Source of the DNA: Bigelowiella natans CCMP2755
Taxonomy: Eukaryota; Protista; Cercozoa
Assembly: GCA_000320545.1 (NCBI GenBank)
Contig: ADNK01001129.1
Span: 86,237 to 150,236, forward strand
Direction: 5' to 3'
DNA: 64,000 nt
Shown here: piece after piece, positions 13,036 to 28,800 of the stretch
How the letters are laid out: each line of letters opens with the position of its first letter
Numbering within the stretch: position 1 is the stretch's first letter
Translations under genes and position numbers: made by a program
The notes under the pieces: generated by a model
The model's input: the letters and a program-made list of their open reading frames with translations, nothing else
Database searches by the model: none
Told to the model about the DNA's origin: nothing

Positions 13036-13813
13036 GTATACTATTGTGATGTAGCAAGATAAAAATATTGTTTTCTTTCTCACCCCATCATGAACATCAG
13101 CGCCGCTGCCTGATAAATATATGATCCATATTCAAACAAAAGATGTACATATGCATGCGCCTGTACACTCGGGAACTACACCAACAACAATCGGGAAAAC
13201 TTGTAGGGCACAGATGAAGTTGTGGAGTGGTAACATATAATGTGTTGTGGCTTAAGATAGTGCTATCAGCACCCCTGCCGCGTCAGTCACGAATGCAGAT
13301 CCCAGGGCGAACTGTTTTTTTTAAAAAAAAAAGAATAGAAATGATGAGATGACTGCACTTGTGCACTAACAACGCGTCTTTCTTATCCTCTCTTGTAGAG
13401 ATTACAATGGCGGCCGTGAAGAGCAGGCCTGCGAAGATGGCTGGGCGATTGCCCGTTCGGTCGGTTATCCTTGGGACAAAGATTCGTCAGACATGCAGAT
13501 TAAGGAAGGAAACGGAAATCAATCAATGAATGTGGGAAGCTATCTAGGCGATTTTCCATGCAGAGAGCCTTTTCTCCCTCCCCGTTGGATCAACCCGTAA
13601 TTACTGTGGAAATAACAACAATACCCTCCGTCCTGCAATCGGTGCCACCGGAGGCGAACCATAGAGGCTACACCACCCGCTCAGCATACTCATACTACAC
13701 TCTTCGCTCTATCCCCTCTGCCTTACTTTCCCGAGGTGAATGCGCCTATGACGAGCCCGAAATCGTACGTCATTGCGACCTTGAATAGATCCAAGAAGGG
13801 GCATCAACCATGG

Positions 13814-13845
<32 letters not shown>

Positions 13846-15287
13846 AAATTCGAATTACTCAGCTTCCGTCGACGATTATTAATTTTATGATAGAGACAAG
13901 ATGTACATTATCCTTGTTATGTAATATATTGTGATACCAACGAGGCCGACGCTTGCGACAGGCCAACATGCTGATGTAATTCCATCGGTGGGGAGAGAAA
14001 GAGGGTTAGATGTCATTGAAGATAATCATACGGCCGCACGCAAATGCAGCACCGTCATCATAATCTATCTTATAAAACCTTGTTCAGGTAGAGCACAATC
14101 CAGAAGAACAACGACACGTCCACCGTACGCACCATCTAGTGATGAGGGGGAGGGGAAGAGAGGGCAGAAGGTACCATGAGGAAGAACCGATCAGGGTGTG
14201 ACGACCTCCAGACCGTTGCAGGTGGTAGTGCCTCTTGACGATTTTCACCCTGACTCCTCTCTTTCCACGCTCAGCATTAAACCACCCACAAGATGAGTTC
14301 TCCCATCACCCTCATTTCTTCCTTTTCTGACCACGAACGAGAGGCATGATGTGCATGTCGCGTGACGTGATAGCACTCACGCTCTGTGTTTTCACTACCG
14401 AGAATGCTGCGGTGTAGGTCTTGACGTTTGGAAGTGCCAATACCTATCCATCAAAGGGAGGGAATTGCAGGAAGCGGCACACCATATTTATTGAATGGAA
14501 GCTGCGGCCTATCACCCCCTCCCACGCATGTTACCATCCAATCACATACCTGCGAGAAAGGCACACCTCCGTTGGGACTAGACGGGAGCTGAAAAGGACC
14601 TTTGTTGTTGTATTTGCGAGTGTTCGTGTGTACATGTGTACGTGTGTGTGTGTGTGTGTGTGCGAGCGTATCCTCAGCAGCAGAATCGTAAGCAATATCA
14701 CGAAGAGCGCACCCTCATTCACCAACAATAGCCCCACCTATTTCCTACTACCTTCTTGCAACAACAGCAGTTGGCATAAAGCAACCAATATGATGAACAA
14801 CGCCGGTACTAACAGCATCGGCATTAATGCCCTTGAGCCCTGCGAGGAGGAACGATGAAGAGAATAGCACCATATGGAGCAGACCGGGAATGTGATAAGA
14901 GTGTAACAAACACACAAACACAACACCAAAAACAATAACAACAAACAACAAGTGACGCGAGAGGGGGAAGTGGTAGGGAGGTTCTCATATTCCTTTTACT
15001 CCTACTACTAGCACCTCCTCCTTCGCCAAGAGCGAGGCAAGCCCAAGACCGATCAGGTTTCCCACCTACAAAAAAGGAAAGATGATTCAGCAATACGACG
15101 CGCAGGAGCGCGCGCGTGTGATGCTATTCCAAAAAAAATAGAAACCAAAAAGTAGGCAACGTCGTTTGTATACATGAACCCCACCACCAGCATTCACGCA
15201 AAACCCCACGCCCCCCACGTCACAATGCCTGCTGTAGGTTTCCTCTATCAAGACTAGAACGTGATTATTCTCCCTTCACTACTGCTT

Positions 15288-15321
<34 letters not shown>

Positions 15322-15538
15322 CACTGCGTTAGTAGCCCAGATGCCGAATACGGTCCCGTGTGACGACGGCTGGAACCACCCAGAAACGATCTGCGAAGGA
15401 TTCAGAGCAATCAACGAACAATCGACGAGCAGAAGAAGAGAGGAGGCGAAGGAGGGGGAGGAAGAAGAGGCGGAAAAGGAAGAGCCACGATGGCGACAAT
15501 GCGGTGACACGGCGAATGATCTCTGAGCTCCTTTGGTG

Positions 15539-15615
<77 letters not shown>

Positions 15616-16506
15616 AACTGCCACTTGATATATACTTCTAATACTGCAATGCTATAGCAACCTTAACAGTGCACGGCAGCGACGCTGATTGGAAGAGGCC
15701 AAATAGGATAATCAAAAGCACATACCTAACAGAAGAGCGCAAGTAGAGAACAAATCCTTTGGGTGATGATATCACCATAACGATAAGAGTGGACGACGAC
15801 ATATCGAATGCATTATCAACATGCAATATAATCGTCTTGCATCAGCAGGCTCTCCTGCCCCTCCTACTTATCTATGATGCGTTTGTTGTCTTCGTGTTCT
15901 TATTCATTTCTCTACCAGAAATATGCTCCCCCGCTGATTCCCATCGCAGCGCTCAGTGCGAACAGCATGACGCAGAATGCTGCTCCAAACTATACAGAAG
16001 TGAACAATGAGAATGCATTCTTCTAACGGCAACTAAACGACGACCACATATCCTATCCTGCTACAGCAGAGCAGAACTCACACAGTTCTGTCTGCCGAAC
16101 GACAGAATCATCCACTTCATCGTGAACAGATTTTCAACTTCTAAACTCGATGAAACATACAGAAATAACAGTATTCCTTCTAATATAGAGTCATCGGTGT
16201 TATCACACTCTAAAGTTTTTGAAACGAGAGATGCAGTAGAGATCACTCACCATAGCAAACACAAGGTGCCGTACAGGATCGAACTGGAAGAGTTTGGGAG
16301 GGGGGGAAAGAGGAACAAGAGCATTATAACTTTGCACAAGCAATGTCATGGAGTTCCTGCTTCTGAGGTGTCATTTATCAGGGTGGAATAGAACACATAA
16401 AGCATGTTCTTTTTCTTAAATGGAAAGCGAAGGCATTTGCATGCGCTATTTTGAGTGACCCGCTCGGCAACGTATCCGTTCAGGATCATACCGACACCGT
16501 ATGCTG

Positions 16507-16552
<46 letters not shown>

Positions 16553-17153
16553 GTGTGTGTGTGTGTGTGTGTGTTCATGTGCAGATGGATGAGCGTGGTT
16601 TATGCTGTCTCATAACTGCAAAACTAACTTCGATGCCACTATTTACTTCGATGTCAACTCCATTTCTACATATTTGCTGTCGTTGTGTAAGTAATATACC
16701 AAACATTAACAGTGTATCCAGAATCCCAAGAAATCCTCCGCTGAAACCCCAGTTTTCCTCGAGCTTGGAAAGGGAGGGAAGAGAGCGAAGAAGAAGGAAT
16801 AAAACAAACACTACGTGCTTATGTGTAACCGTCTCTCTCTTTCTCTCTCCCCCCCCCCCATCCCCCCCTCTCTCTCTTTCCCCCCATCCACCATTATCTG
16901 CCTCTTTTTCAGAATTACCTCTCCATGTGCTGCAGCGAAAGCTTTCCTTGCAATCTGGACATCATTTGTAAATGGTTGTCAAATCAGTGTGAACGGTTCC
17001 TGCATCATCGGGGAGTTATACTACATGAATTGCGGAATGGCCCAGGAAAGTCAGTAGAAAGTTGGTGGAGGCTTCATTCCAGAGGTCACGCTCCTTTCTT
17101 GTCTTATCATCTTCTGGCCCACAAGATGTAGTCGGTGGATGCACCGTACTCAT
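11724..17153 (-). CDS. SLC37/GlpT-family sugar-phosphate exchanger (MFS), multi-exon
   Basis: Spliced exons give LLTFLGHSAIH|IARKAF, FLGILDTLLMFAYGVGMILNGYVAER|FD, LFGLFQSASLPCTVK|IVSGWFQPSSHGTVFGIWATNA|VGNLIG, LFFWIVLYL, YDFGLVIGAFTSG, GGPAMLMPTAIAADIG, TISGIVDGTGSGIAALGQ, GWTIIF. These are SLC37 signature motifs in the expected order. Stop at 11724-11726. ATG 17153 is tentative. Confidence 0.88.
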
Positions 17154-18322
17154 CACGTCGACAACGCTCCGAAAGGCTAGTGCTGATTAGATTTAGAAAA
17201 CGATCAGAAGTGTCCATGTTTCCTCCAACTCTAGTGTCCTACTATCGATTTAATGACCATCGATTCAAGCACCAACGACAAGAAGACGATTCATCCCCTC
17301 CCTCCCTGTGGAACCTTGGCAAGCCTCTCGTCGATAACGTCAAGATTGATCACTTCCCTGATCACGAAGTCATCCAAATGCCTCACAATCTTGCGACAAC
17401 GAAGGATGTATGTCGCAATATTTAAATTTACTTTTACATTGTGAACCAAAATGAGATCCTTTTACATCCTGCGACAATATCAGTTGAAGCTCGGCTTGGG
17501 GGTGGCGTTCGGTTCCAGGAAAGAAAGAATGGACCCAGAGAAATCCATGCATGTGAGGGTTTTCATGTTACCGCAGATAGAAAATTGTCGTCAAATGCAC
17601 ACAGATCTGGTAAAGAGCGTCAGGAGGTTTACCGGTATTGGCCCGGAGAAGAAGAGAAAGAAGCACTGGAAGAGGTGATGAAAGTGCTAGGTCAACGCTC
17701 CGAAGTGCGAAACGAGAGAGTTCTCTGAACTTGGAATTTTGACGTTTATCTGTCGTAATTGTAAAATATCCTGCGTTTTGGAATTTTTTAAAAGAATTTT
17801 CATCTATTGGCTGCAATTAGAGATTTGCATCTGTCTGCAGCCCCACCCTCCAGTACTGCTCTCATATACACCTACTTCCTTTGCTCCTTTGACACAATAC
17901 GAGCTGTACGCCAGTCCAACCATTTCTTTTGGTAATAACGTGTGACCTAAGTATGCGTACCGCGAGATCTACTCATTGAGTTTCTCCCTTGGTGCTATCC
18001 CCTTCCGAAGGCCTTCCTTCTTTCATGCGGAATGTATGATTGGAGAGACGTCGTTGACATCATTATGTGTATGAAGTGGAGTGATTGCTCTATTTTGGCT
18101 AGAAGTAACATATGGTTGCACTTGTTTTACAATTCTCTCTCTCTCTCTGCTTGTCCAAAAAATGATTGCTCTTCTTTCTTACACTTATTACCACTAAGAG
18201 GCTTCACACCATATTGACTTATTTCGAAACTCTGTTTGCAGACGCAGGCTATCAGACTCCGTGGCCCAGGCGCGCGACACAAGTAGCTCGCAGTGACACG
18301 CGCGTGAGTCTGAGGAGGCAGG

Positions 18323-20046
18323 ATGGAGAACATCCAGGCTTCGGGCCATTATGACCTCGAGCTTAGCTTGTTCCTTGGAAATCCGATGGTTGTCTCGGAA
18401 CTTTACTTCGAGTCGTTAACGGACGCTGGGATAAAGCGGCTGCTCAATCGTGGCAATAAGCAGCAGCCGCAGAATAGCCCTACCTCTTCGTCTGATCTGA
18501 CGAGGAGCGTCACGCACATCCAACAGATAGAGAACCTGGAGGCGCTACTTAGGCCGAGCCCACCCCAGTTCCTATCGCCCGACTCAGTGCGAGGCCAGGT
18601 AGGCTCCCACGGACGCTTAAAGGAAACCTTATTTGAGAACTTTTACCACAAACGGCTTGCTGTGCTTCGGAGTCTTCTCCACTCCAACGCAAAGATGATC
18701 AAGTACGTGGAAAAAGGCCGCCGATACTCTTCTTGTCACGGTCAGAGGGGGGCAAGGCAAGGAGGAGGGGGGATTGGGGGCAGCGGCCTCTCTACAACGC
18801 ATCGTAGTCCACCGAAGATCCACCCTATTCTCCGTTGGGGACTTCTGTCCATGTTTCCCTTGATTGACTCAATCAGTACGCGTGATCCAAAACTCAAATC
18901 GCGCATCCTCAAGATCCTTATTCAGGTTGTTCAAAATAGCAGGCAGAAAGCAATCACAGATCCACCATATAATGTTTCACAATTTCTGTCATGCTCTTCG
19001 CAAACTTCCAGGTACTGAAAACGTCTCCGCCGCTGTCACTGGCTGACGAACCGGAGGAAACATGGGATGAGATGGTGTCGTTGCTAATGTCACCATCCTC
19101 CTCTTCTCCTTCCTCAGATTCAAGTTCCAGTGAAGTGATAAGCGCATTGTTGGGCCTTGCCTTGCAGCGTGGTTCACTGCGACATATTCTGGCCGCTCTT
19201 TGTCCAATTTTTGAGCGTATTGACGAACCTCTGGCGCTTGACGTGGAGCCGTACGTCGAGGCCCTCGAAAGCTATGGGGAGGACACAAACAGCCTCTCCG
19301 TCATGCATGAGTAAGACAATAACGACAGATAATTATAGTAATAATAATGATAATAATAATAATAAAATAATAATGAAAATAATAATAATAATAATTGCAA
19401 TAAAATGAAGAAGAGGGGAAGAAACGACGACTCACCACAAAATACATGAGAGATCTCTTTTTACACCTCTTCATCATCATAGGTACTCCCTTGTCGGTAG
19501 TTGGTTCCACCAAATTCCATGGGCGGTCTCCCAACGACCGAACTCGGAAGAGGCGGCACGTTATGGTGCGGTTGCGGGGTCGGGGCCCTACGTGTTCATT
19601 CACAACAGCTACGGCCTGATTAAGGTTGGGACGGGATCTAATGGCACCATTCGCGGTCAGATTTACGCGTACAATTCCAATACACACCGGAAGGAACAAG
19701 GCTGGCTGGTGGAGATCGGTCAATACTTATACTTTCGCTCGACGAAGATGCGTGGCCTGGCGCAGCGGTACTCAGCAGATACACTTGCTGAGTCCGGTAT
19801 TGTGCGCATCGTTGATTCTTCTTCTTCCTCTTCCCATTCGTCCTCCTCTTCTTCACGGCCGGGATATAAGTTGGAGAATGGCAGAGGAAATAGAACAGGT
19901 AGAAGACACCGTAAACGCAACGGTGATTGTGATGCGGAACAGCACAGAGGGGGGCGCTGGGAGAAAGTAATGGTGTTGAGAGAGGAACTGGTTGAGGAGA
20001 GGAACGAAGCGAAAATATCTTGCAAGATGTGACACACACACATACA

Positions 20047-20083
<37 letters not shown>

Positions 20084-23000
20084 AGACGTATACGTGTGCA
20101 CACACGCACACCATCTCTGTCCGTTGTATCCTTGCCGTCATTTTTCGTGATAAAGGCCTCGAGGACAATCCAGTCTACTACCAAATGACATCCGAAGGCC
20201 GCTTCCTCTACCTCTTAATGCCGCTCCCCCACCCCCTCCATCGCGAGAGCCACGATTATGTGATAGACGTTTTCCACGTGCGGGGCCTTGAAGCACACGT
20301 TATACGTCGCATATCGCTCCCAAGTGGCTGGACACAGTAAGCATGATTTTCCTACTCGTTTTCCTCACCAAGCACCTTGATGTGATTCCATCGTCCAACG
20401 AATACGAGCATTGTGAAGCTCCCTGCGCAGCAGCACTGTCGTCGATTTATCCCTTCCCTTCATCTCTACGTGCGTGATACAGATTCCCCGTGACGCGGCG
20501 CGACGAGAAGTCGGAGGAGGAGCGGCGCAGCCAGTACCACTACTACGTCGGCCAGAAGGTTGACGCGAAGGACTCAGTGAACAAATGGTGCCCCGCCACC
20601 GTCGTGCAGGTCTCGCCGTGCCGTGTACTGCTGCACTACGATGGCTGGAGCTCCAAATGGGACGAATGGTTCGAAATTGACTCGGCGAGACTCGCGGCCT
20701 TCGGAAAACACACGCATGCTTCCGGCACCGCGACCGCAGCTAAGGACGCCGATGTGAGCGAGGGAGAGGGGGGTGGGGTGGGGGAGAGAGAGTTGTAGTC
20801 CTCTTCTCCCCCTCCCTTTTTTTATCTCAAAATGTTTTTGCCATCATATATCTATCTATCTATCTATCTATCTATCTACCCCATGACAAGGAGGAAATAG
20901 TGTTCGGCGGCATGTGGTTGACTGCACTCGTTTGTTGCTTCCTTACCACGATGATGATGACGATGATGATGATAATGATGATGATTTTCCCCTCTCCGTA
21001 TCCTCGTAGCACCTGTACGACGTCGCCAACTTCTCCCTCCTCCTTCTCATTATTAGGTCCAATGGTCGTTTCTGAATGTAGAGGACGATGGCAAGCTCGG
21101 AGGACCTCATTCTCCACCTATAATAGGCAGCACGAATACCAACTTTTCCTTCTATTCGTCCTCGTCGTTGTCCTCTATTGCACCCTCTCCAGCGCCGTCA
21201 TCGCCTCTACGTCAGCAAGCACCATCACCACACGCCTCGACCTCCTATTCGCCAGCCGACTCCAGGCAACACCATCAGCAGGAGAATAATGGGTACTTCC
21301 TATAAAACCGAGGGAGGCCAAGCAGGGGGAGGGTAGAGAGAGACAGAGTGATATTTTCGTCTAGAAAGTTTGTGTTGCGATTTTGTTGGTTAATCATGCT
21401 GTATCTCTGCACGCACTTACCAGGGGTGTGGACGAAAAGGGGGGAGGAGGCGGTGACGCCCGCCGAAACCAGAGAAACCGTCAGCGCCGTGGAGCACACG
21501 TAACCTCTTCATCGTCTTCTTCTCCGATTGTCGAAAGGGGGGAGCAGCAGCGCCCGAAATGGCGGCCGTACCCCCCCCACATCATCACACAGATTGAGAG
21601 GATGTACCAGGGCGGCGTTAAGCGGCCCTTCAACATTCGCGTCGGGCAGAGCGAGTTTGTGATCGACCTATCGAGCATGGCGCAGGTGGATCTTGTCACC
21701 GGCCATCGCACACGTATACGCCGCTCCGACCCTCACATGTCCAACGCGTTTGCTTTCCTCGAGGACGTGCACATCTACTGCACCGGCTGCCAGCTCGTTG
21801 CTGTCATTCCGCCGCAGGTGCCGCCCAATATGGGGAAGAAGACGATACAGCGTGTCTTCTCATTAGACGACCACGGCGCGTGGCGGGGCGACCGGACGCT
21901 GCATCTTGACTGGGTAGGTTAGGAGTAGTAGGTGGAAGATGCGTGAGCAAGATCACGACAGATGATGACGATGGTTGTGATGCTGATGCTGTGATAATGT
22001 TGCCGAAGGAGAATGTGAAAAGTACTAAGTATCAACAAGGAGGGGCTGGGAAGAGAAGAGAGAGAGAGAAAAAGAGAGGAGAGAGCACACATCTTTCCCT
22101 TGAATGTCGTTGTCACTATTAAAAACTCCCTTCATTCCACCATATTAACATAAGGTGTCGGGGATGTTCTACGACCATAAAAGCAACCTGCTCTGGGCGT
22201 ACCGCTCGTCTCTGCAATCTCTGTGCGCATCGACGAACAACGGCCAGATCCACGATATTTTCCGAACCGGAGAGATCCCAGTCGACGACCTCTCCACGGC
22301 CCAGCCATCCTCCCTACCGCCGTATTTAGCCACACCTGGCGACAAGAAACGATTCGCTTTCACCCAGCAGCAAAGCCACATACCGTCAGGTTTCCCTCCA
22401 TACTCCCCCACCTCCTCCTCTTCTAGGACGTCTACGCTATTGCCATCGCTCGAGGTGCTCAACCGCGTGTTTAAGCGGCTGAGTCTCTATGCCAGGGTTA
22501 AGGGCCGTGGGAAGCAGCCTACCGCTATGGCTTCCTCAACCAGCGAGGGCATGCTTCAGCCTTTCTGTATCGACGTGCACGCGGAGACCTTCGATCACAT
22601 ACACTCCATCCTCGTGTACTGCACGGCGTTTCTGCGCCGCCACGTCAAGCAGAGGATGAATCGCGGTGAGAAAGGCAATGGCAAGGGGGAGCCCCGCAGA
22701 AGCAGAAGTAGTAGTAGTAGTAGGAGTAGTGGTACCAACGGTGAAGAAGAGAAAGAGAAAGAGAGGAAATGGAATAATCTTAGCACGATGGTTACGGGCA
22801 AATCCGAGCGGCGAGCTAAGGATTCTTCACGAGTGCTGAGCGTGGTTGATACGCTGCTGTACGTGCTGGAGCTGCTGGAGACCAACCTGCGATTCCTCAA
22901 GATTGATGATCTAGACGCCATCATCTCGACGAGCACTAGTAGTACCACAATTGGTAGTGGTAGTGGTGGTGAGACTGGTATGAGTCACCTTGACAGTATA

Positions 23001-24869
23001 GGCAAGGAGTCGATTAAGATCGTCCAGGTGCTTGGGAAGGTATAGTGCTATGTTGCGACTTATCGCGATGATTCAAGCAAGTTTACGCACCGTAGCTCCT
23101 TGTTGCTGTTGCCGCCACTTCTGCACGATTTCATGCGTAACGTTTCTGAAACACATCAGGTGCGCGAAAAGCTCGAGAATCTCCGCGAGTTCAGCCAGAA
23201 TATTACTTCTGACTGTGACGACGAGGATGAGGCCAAGAGCACAGATTCGGCGACTAGATCCCGTACCTCATCTCCTTTGAGTGATGATGCCAGATTTCGT
23301 TCGAGAGCAAATTGGCTGAGCGATAGAGTCGCTAAGTGCCTGGTCATAGATAATTGCGATCATGGCTTCATGTTCACCTCATGAGATAGATCATAATCTT
23401 TTATCTAACAATGCAGTAGGGGGGGGGGGGATAGAGTAGTAATTGTATTGGTGGAAGGGGGGGGATGAGGCCATGTCTCTCCATCTTTGATGACGGTTTC
23501 GATGACGATGACGATGATATAATATGATATGATATGTACTACAGATGGCTGGTTGTAGATTTTTCTATCCGACTCCAAAGGTAACATTCGCCGTCGACTC
23601 AATTTCGCAATCTTTGCTTCTTTCTGTTACTGCCCTCTTTCATCACTATCACCATTTTATTAAATAAATGATGCTTTTTCCTATCTGACGCAGCACATGA
23701 GGGAAGTCATCTTGGCACAGCTCCATAGCCGAGAGGCCGATGGAAAGCAACGAGGGGCAAGTGCGTTGACATTATCAAAGCGTCGGCGACGAAAGGAGGT
23801 TGCAACATCTGCGCGCGTGTATTAATGCGATTATGCATGCGTCTGGGCGAAATATTCGTGTTATCTTCATGCGTGGTTTAATGCATTCATAGATTGATGT
23901 GTGTGTGTGTGTGTGTGTACAAAGACGTCAATGATAATGATGGGATAATGATAATGATGATAACATTTAGTTACTGCTGGATCTTCTGGCCGATAACGCG
24001 CAGCTCGTGGCCCTTGTTGACTCGCCGGTAGTATTAATAACTAGTGGGCAGCTGCAGATTGGAGTGGTGGTGTAAAAAGAGTAGTGCTGCTACCATTGAA
24101 ACCTTTTACTGAACTACCATTACTCCACATGAAGGAATCTCCTAGCTTTCGTTCAATATTTATGTTGTCCTCATCCTCATCATTCACTTTGTCTCCATCG
24201 TTGTCGCCATAGCCCTTGCCCTCCTCCTCCTCCTCCTCCTCCTCCTCCTCCTCCTGACCTCTTCTCACGATCGCCATTTCTAACAATCTGCAGAGCGACT
24301 TGATGGTAGTCGTAGAGGCGCTGGTGGCCAACGAAGCCAACAACGCACTCGAACGCTTAGTTGGTGCTGCCGCGAAGAAGGCTGCAATGCCGCCACGGAC
24401 CAAATTCCAAGGTCAAGGTAAGAATTCGGGAGCGGCCGCAGGTGACGACAAGCAACGGAAACCGAAGAAACAGAGGATGCATCTCCTCTCGCCTACCCTC
24501 CGGCTGCTAACCAAGCTCCAGCTCTTTTACCTCACAAGAATCAGCGAGATTGCCCGCCGAACGACCACAAGCAACACTCGTAGCGTCTTCGGAAGTAATG
24601 GGGAGCATCCTCCCCCCCTTCCGCCTCAGCACCAGCACGTTCTTCGGTACATATCAATTCTATCCGCTGGATGTGTCCAGCTTTTCGATGCTGCCACCGC
24701 AGCAGCAGCAGCAGCAGCATTAGAAGCAGCAAAGGAGGAGGAGAAGGAAGAAGATAGTGGAAAGACAGCGAGGAGGAGAAAAAAGAAGAGAAAGTCGATG
24801 ATGGTAAGCGAGAGTCATCACAACATACTTCACTAAATCAAACAAGTACATGCATTTACACACACCCAT

Positions 24870-24911
<42 letters not shown>

Positions 24912-25295
24912 ATCAATTATGTTCATACAAACAGCGTGGAGTGGACGCGATCTTGCGGTCATCGATTCCCGGTGTGCTTGTGCAGCCCCTGGTAGCGTTT
25001 CTAGGCTCCTACCCACAGTTTTTCATCCAGCTAAGAGCGACGCATGCGGAGCTCACGAATCTCATCAAGAGAGTGGATAGATACAACGGGGCTCTCAGAG
25101 AGGCGGGACTTCTTGGGGGCGGGGAAAGCGAAAACGCATTCGAGCCTGCGAAGCAGGAGGTAGGAGGGTCCTTGGCACCGGACAGAAATGAACGCTTTTG
25201 AGAGAGAACGAGAGAGAGAGGGGGGGGGGGAGAGAGGATATGCGTATTCTATGAAAGGAGAACTTTTGAGATATATGCACCACCACACTTTTCCC

Positions 25296-25338
<43 letters not shown>

Positions 25339-25842
25339 AGAGAGAGGCCGAATACTAGAAGAAATTCCCTCCTGAATCCATAACATAACTCTACGCGCAC
25401 GTTCCTAATCATCTGTCTTTACCGCCTCCCACCACCACATCTACACGCAGATCCAGACGAAGGTCATCGAGTCATCGCATCCCTACGCCAAGGGTACCAT
25501 CGACCAAAACCTCGAAATCCCCGGCGCTTTGTACATGACAATCGAGTTTGATGAGCGGTGTTGCTCGCGCAACTCCAATGATGCCCTGAAGATAAGCCGG
25601 CCTTTTCCCCGCTGGCAATTCGTCGCGTACGGTGCACCAGGACAACACCATCATGCCAATTGGCCGATAGGGCGAAATCGTCGCCTGGTTCGCGTTCGCG
25701 GGAACAGTCTGAGCTTCTTCTGGAATGTCGAGAAGGATGACAAAAAGAACAAGGAAAACAGCTGGGGATTTCGATGTACCGTCTATGGCTATGTGCCCAA
25801 CTGCCAACCGCCCAAAACCAGGACCACGAAGGCGGAAAGTGG

Positions 25843-25875
<33 letters not shown>

Positions 25876-28800
25876 CCAAATAGATGGGCTGTCGTCGTCA
25901 CAGGAAGGAGAAGCGGAGGGATTTGAGGAGTCTCTGCTACCGTGGAGCGTCGACTTAGAGCTCAGCCTTGCTCTGTCCATAGGAGCGGTCATCAGCTCCT
26001 TGATTCGGAAACCGATGATGACGATGATGATGATGCCGAGATTAGTGGTAGAACCGCCGCCCATGCCTTCGGTTTCGCAAGCACACCAGCCGGGTATTGT
26101 CGGTGGTGGTGGTGGTGGTGGTGGTGGTGGTGGCGGCTTATTGTCGTTCTCAACCCCCTCTCCCAGCGCGTTCACATCGCCATATACATCTACCGTCGGC
26201 GGCGGTCTACCGTCTTCTTACACCACAACAGCTCCAAGTCTTCTTAATAACAGCAACGCCACAAAGATGATGATGCTGTCGTCTGAGAGCGAAGTAGCAG
26301 CGATGGTTGATCTTAGGCTCCTCAGCACCGACAGCCTCTCAGCAACACCCAGCACCGGCAATAAAGCGACGGGCAACGGCTCCTCCCTGCTGGCAAAAAT
26401 TCTAGGCGGCGTGGCAGCCACGACAGTTGAGAGACTGTGCAAAAGCGTGCAGGCATCCACGTGTTCCGTGCGGCGACCACAGATGAATAGGCAGATGAAG
26501 GCCGCGTTGAAGCCGGCCGAGGATGCCATGCTCGCCTGCCTCCTCGTTCACACCAAGACCGATAGGTGGGCGAGGAGGGCGGTGCAGCTGCTCAGCAATA
26601 AGGATGATGATGATGATGATGACGACGATGTTGACCCGAAGGGGAGGCGGGGGGAGATCGCAGCCATCCTGTCACGGCTCGCCCCCATTTGGGAGAGTAT
26701 GCACGCAATGTTAACGTGGATGATGCTCGAGTCGCAACTGGCCAAGCGTTGGCACCTCCTCGTCGACGCCGTTGTCTCCTCCTGTTCTTTCATTGGAGCG
26801 GGGGAACAGAAGCACGGAGATGGTGGGGATGGTTATCAGAACAAGATGGCGACGGATGTGAAGACGAAAGGAAACAGTGGAGTTGGTGGCAGCAGATCTA
26901 GCGGTATCTTGGACGCCGTGCAGCTGGGCGAGGCTGTAAGTAGGGAACTCAAAGGCGAGAGCAATCAAACCTTGCGAGAATTAGCGACAATGCAGAATCT
27001 GATTGAGGAGGGGAGTGTTAGTGGAAACGATGCTAACGATGATACCATTCTCCAAGCACTAACCAGGAAGGCAACCGACGATGCTTTCGAGGAAATTACG
27101 AGGCGGAGAAGAGTAGTCAAAGCATGCCGCAGCAGCACCAACAGCAACAAAAATAATACACATACACGCAATATATATTTTTATATTTATATATTTATAT
27201 ATATATTTATATTTATATATTTTATTTACATCTTTATAGATACTAGACCCTACTTCCGCATTGTGTATCGTTTGACTCTCTCCATGTCAACAGATGACGC
27301 GCTCGCAGGCTCCACCAGGCGTGAGCAAGCTGGAGAGGAAGAGGAAAGAAGGAAAACATAAACATGCAGCAGGAGAAAAGCACGCCACAGAGACTACAGC
27401 TGCAACGACTACTACATCGTCATCTTCTTCGTCTTTCCTCTCCTCCCCCCCCCCTGGGTTTATACGTCAGGATAGTGTGCCGACCGCCTCTGGAGCTACA
27501 ACGAGCACCTTCCTGAGCGATATTAGCGAGAAGGTGGCGGAGGTGGCAGCCTTACTGGTTACTTGCTGCCTCAACAACAACAACTCCGAGGACGACGACT
27601 GCTTCTCCCCCCTCATCTCGGTAGTAGCTCCTCTCTCTAATGAAATGAATTTAATCGATATTCGCTCAACTATTTCTTGTTCCTCTTTGCCTTCTGATGA
27701 TGAGGGTGATGGTGATGACGACGAGAAGAAGAAGAAGAGGATGATGATGGTGATGATGGCCAGGACGATGATAACAACCAGACAATTTCCCTCCCTCTAA
27801 CTTTCCTCTCTCCCCGTGCAGATTCCTACCGCTAAGTTGCACAATGATGAGCGCGGTGACACGAAGGCGCGATGCCGAGAATACGCGGCCCAGCTCATCA
27901 TCATGGCAGAAATTAGCAGATATTTTCGGTGCGCGGGGCGCGGGCTGATCTCCGCCGGAGCCCTGCAGCAGATCGCGGCGGCGCGCACTTTGAAGGCGCG
28001 AGAGCGCACGCACGCCTACAACGTGACTGCCGGGGTGGTATCGTCCATTTCTGGGCATGCGACGCGGTATTTGTTCTTGTGCACGCTGCCTTGTCAGCAC
28101 TACGGAGAGGGCATCAACGGCAGCGCACCGAGTGCTCGGGGAGTTCTGAGGAAAAGCTTTGAGAAGCTCATCGGAGCGCTTACAGGTCGTCTCGTTTGCT
28201 ATCTGTGCATGCTGAGAATGATAAATTAATTTGAAAAAAGAACCACCTACGTATTCAAAATTTCATCCTTAAACATTGTGTAATCGTAAGTGCCAACTTT
28301 CATCACAGGCGTCATATCGTCGACCAATGTGGAGAAGCCATCCGAGCTGCTGCTGCATCGACTCCTGCTCCATTACTGCATGTTGGGGTATACGCACGAT
28401 GATGCGACCATTATCGAGAGCGCCCAGCTGCCAAAGGTGCTTCTCCGACTTAGCTCCAAAGCTCTGCACTCGCGCGCCTTCACCGCTATAAATGGTGATT
28501 GCAGCTACAACGACAACCTCAAAGACAGCAAAGATACTACCATTAGTGCTGATGTGAATGACGAGGAGGACGATGGATACTCCGACTATGAGGAGTGCTT
28601 ATCGGCCGTCACAGGCGGTAACTTCGTGCAAATGGAGGTGTACGAGTGTCTGGACTGCGGGCTGAGCAATGGCGAATGCTGCTGCGCTATCTGTGCGCGC
28701 AGGTGTCACGCCGGGCACCGCATTAAGTTTAAGCGTCGCTCCAAGGCCTTTTGCGACTGTGGCTTCATGGAGAACTGCCTTTGCATGAGGGCGTTGAGGC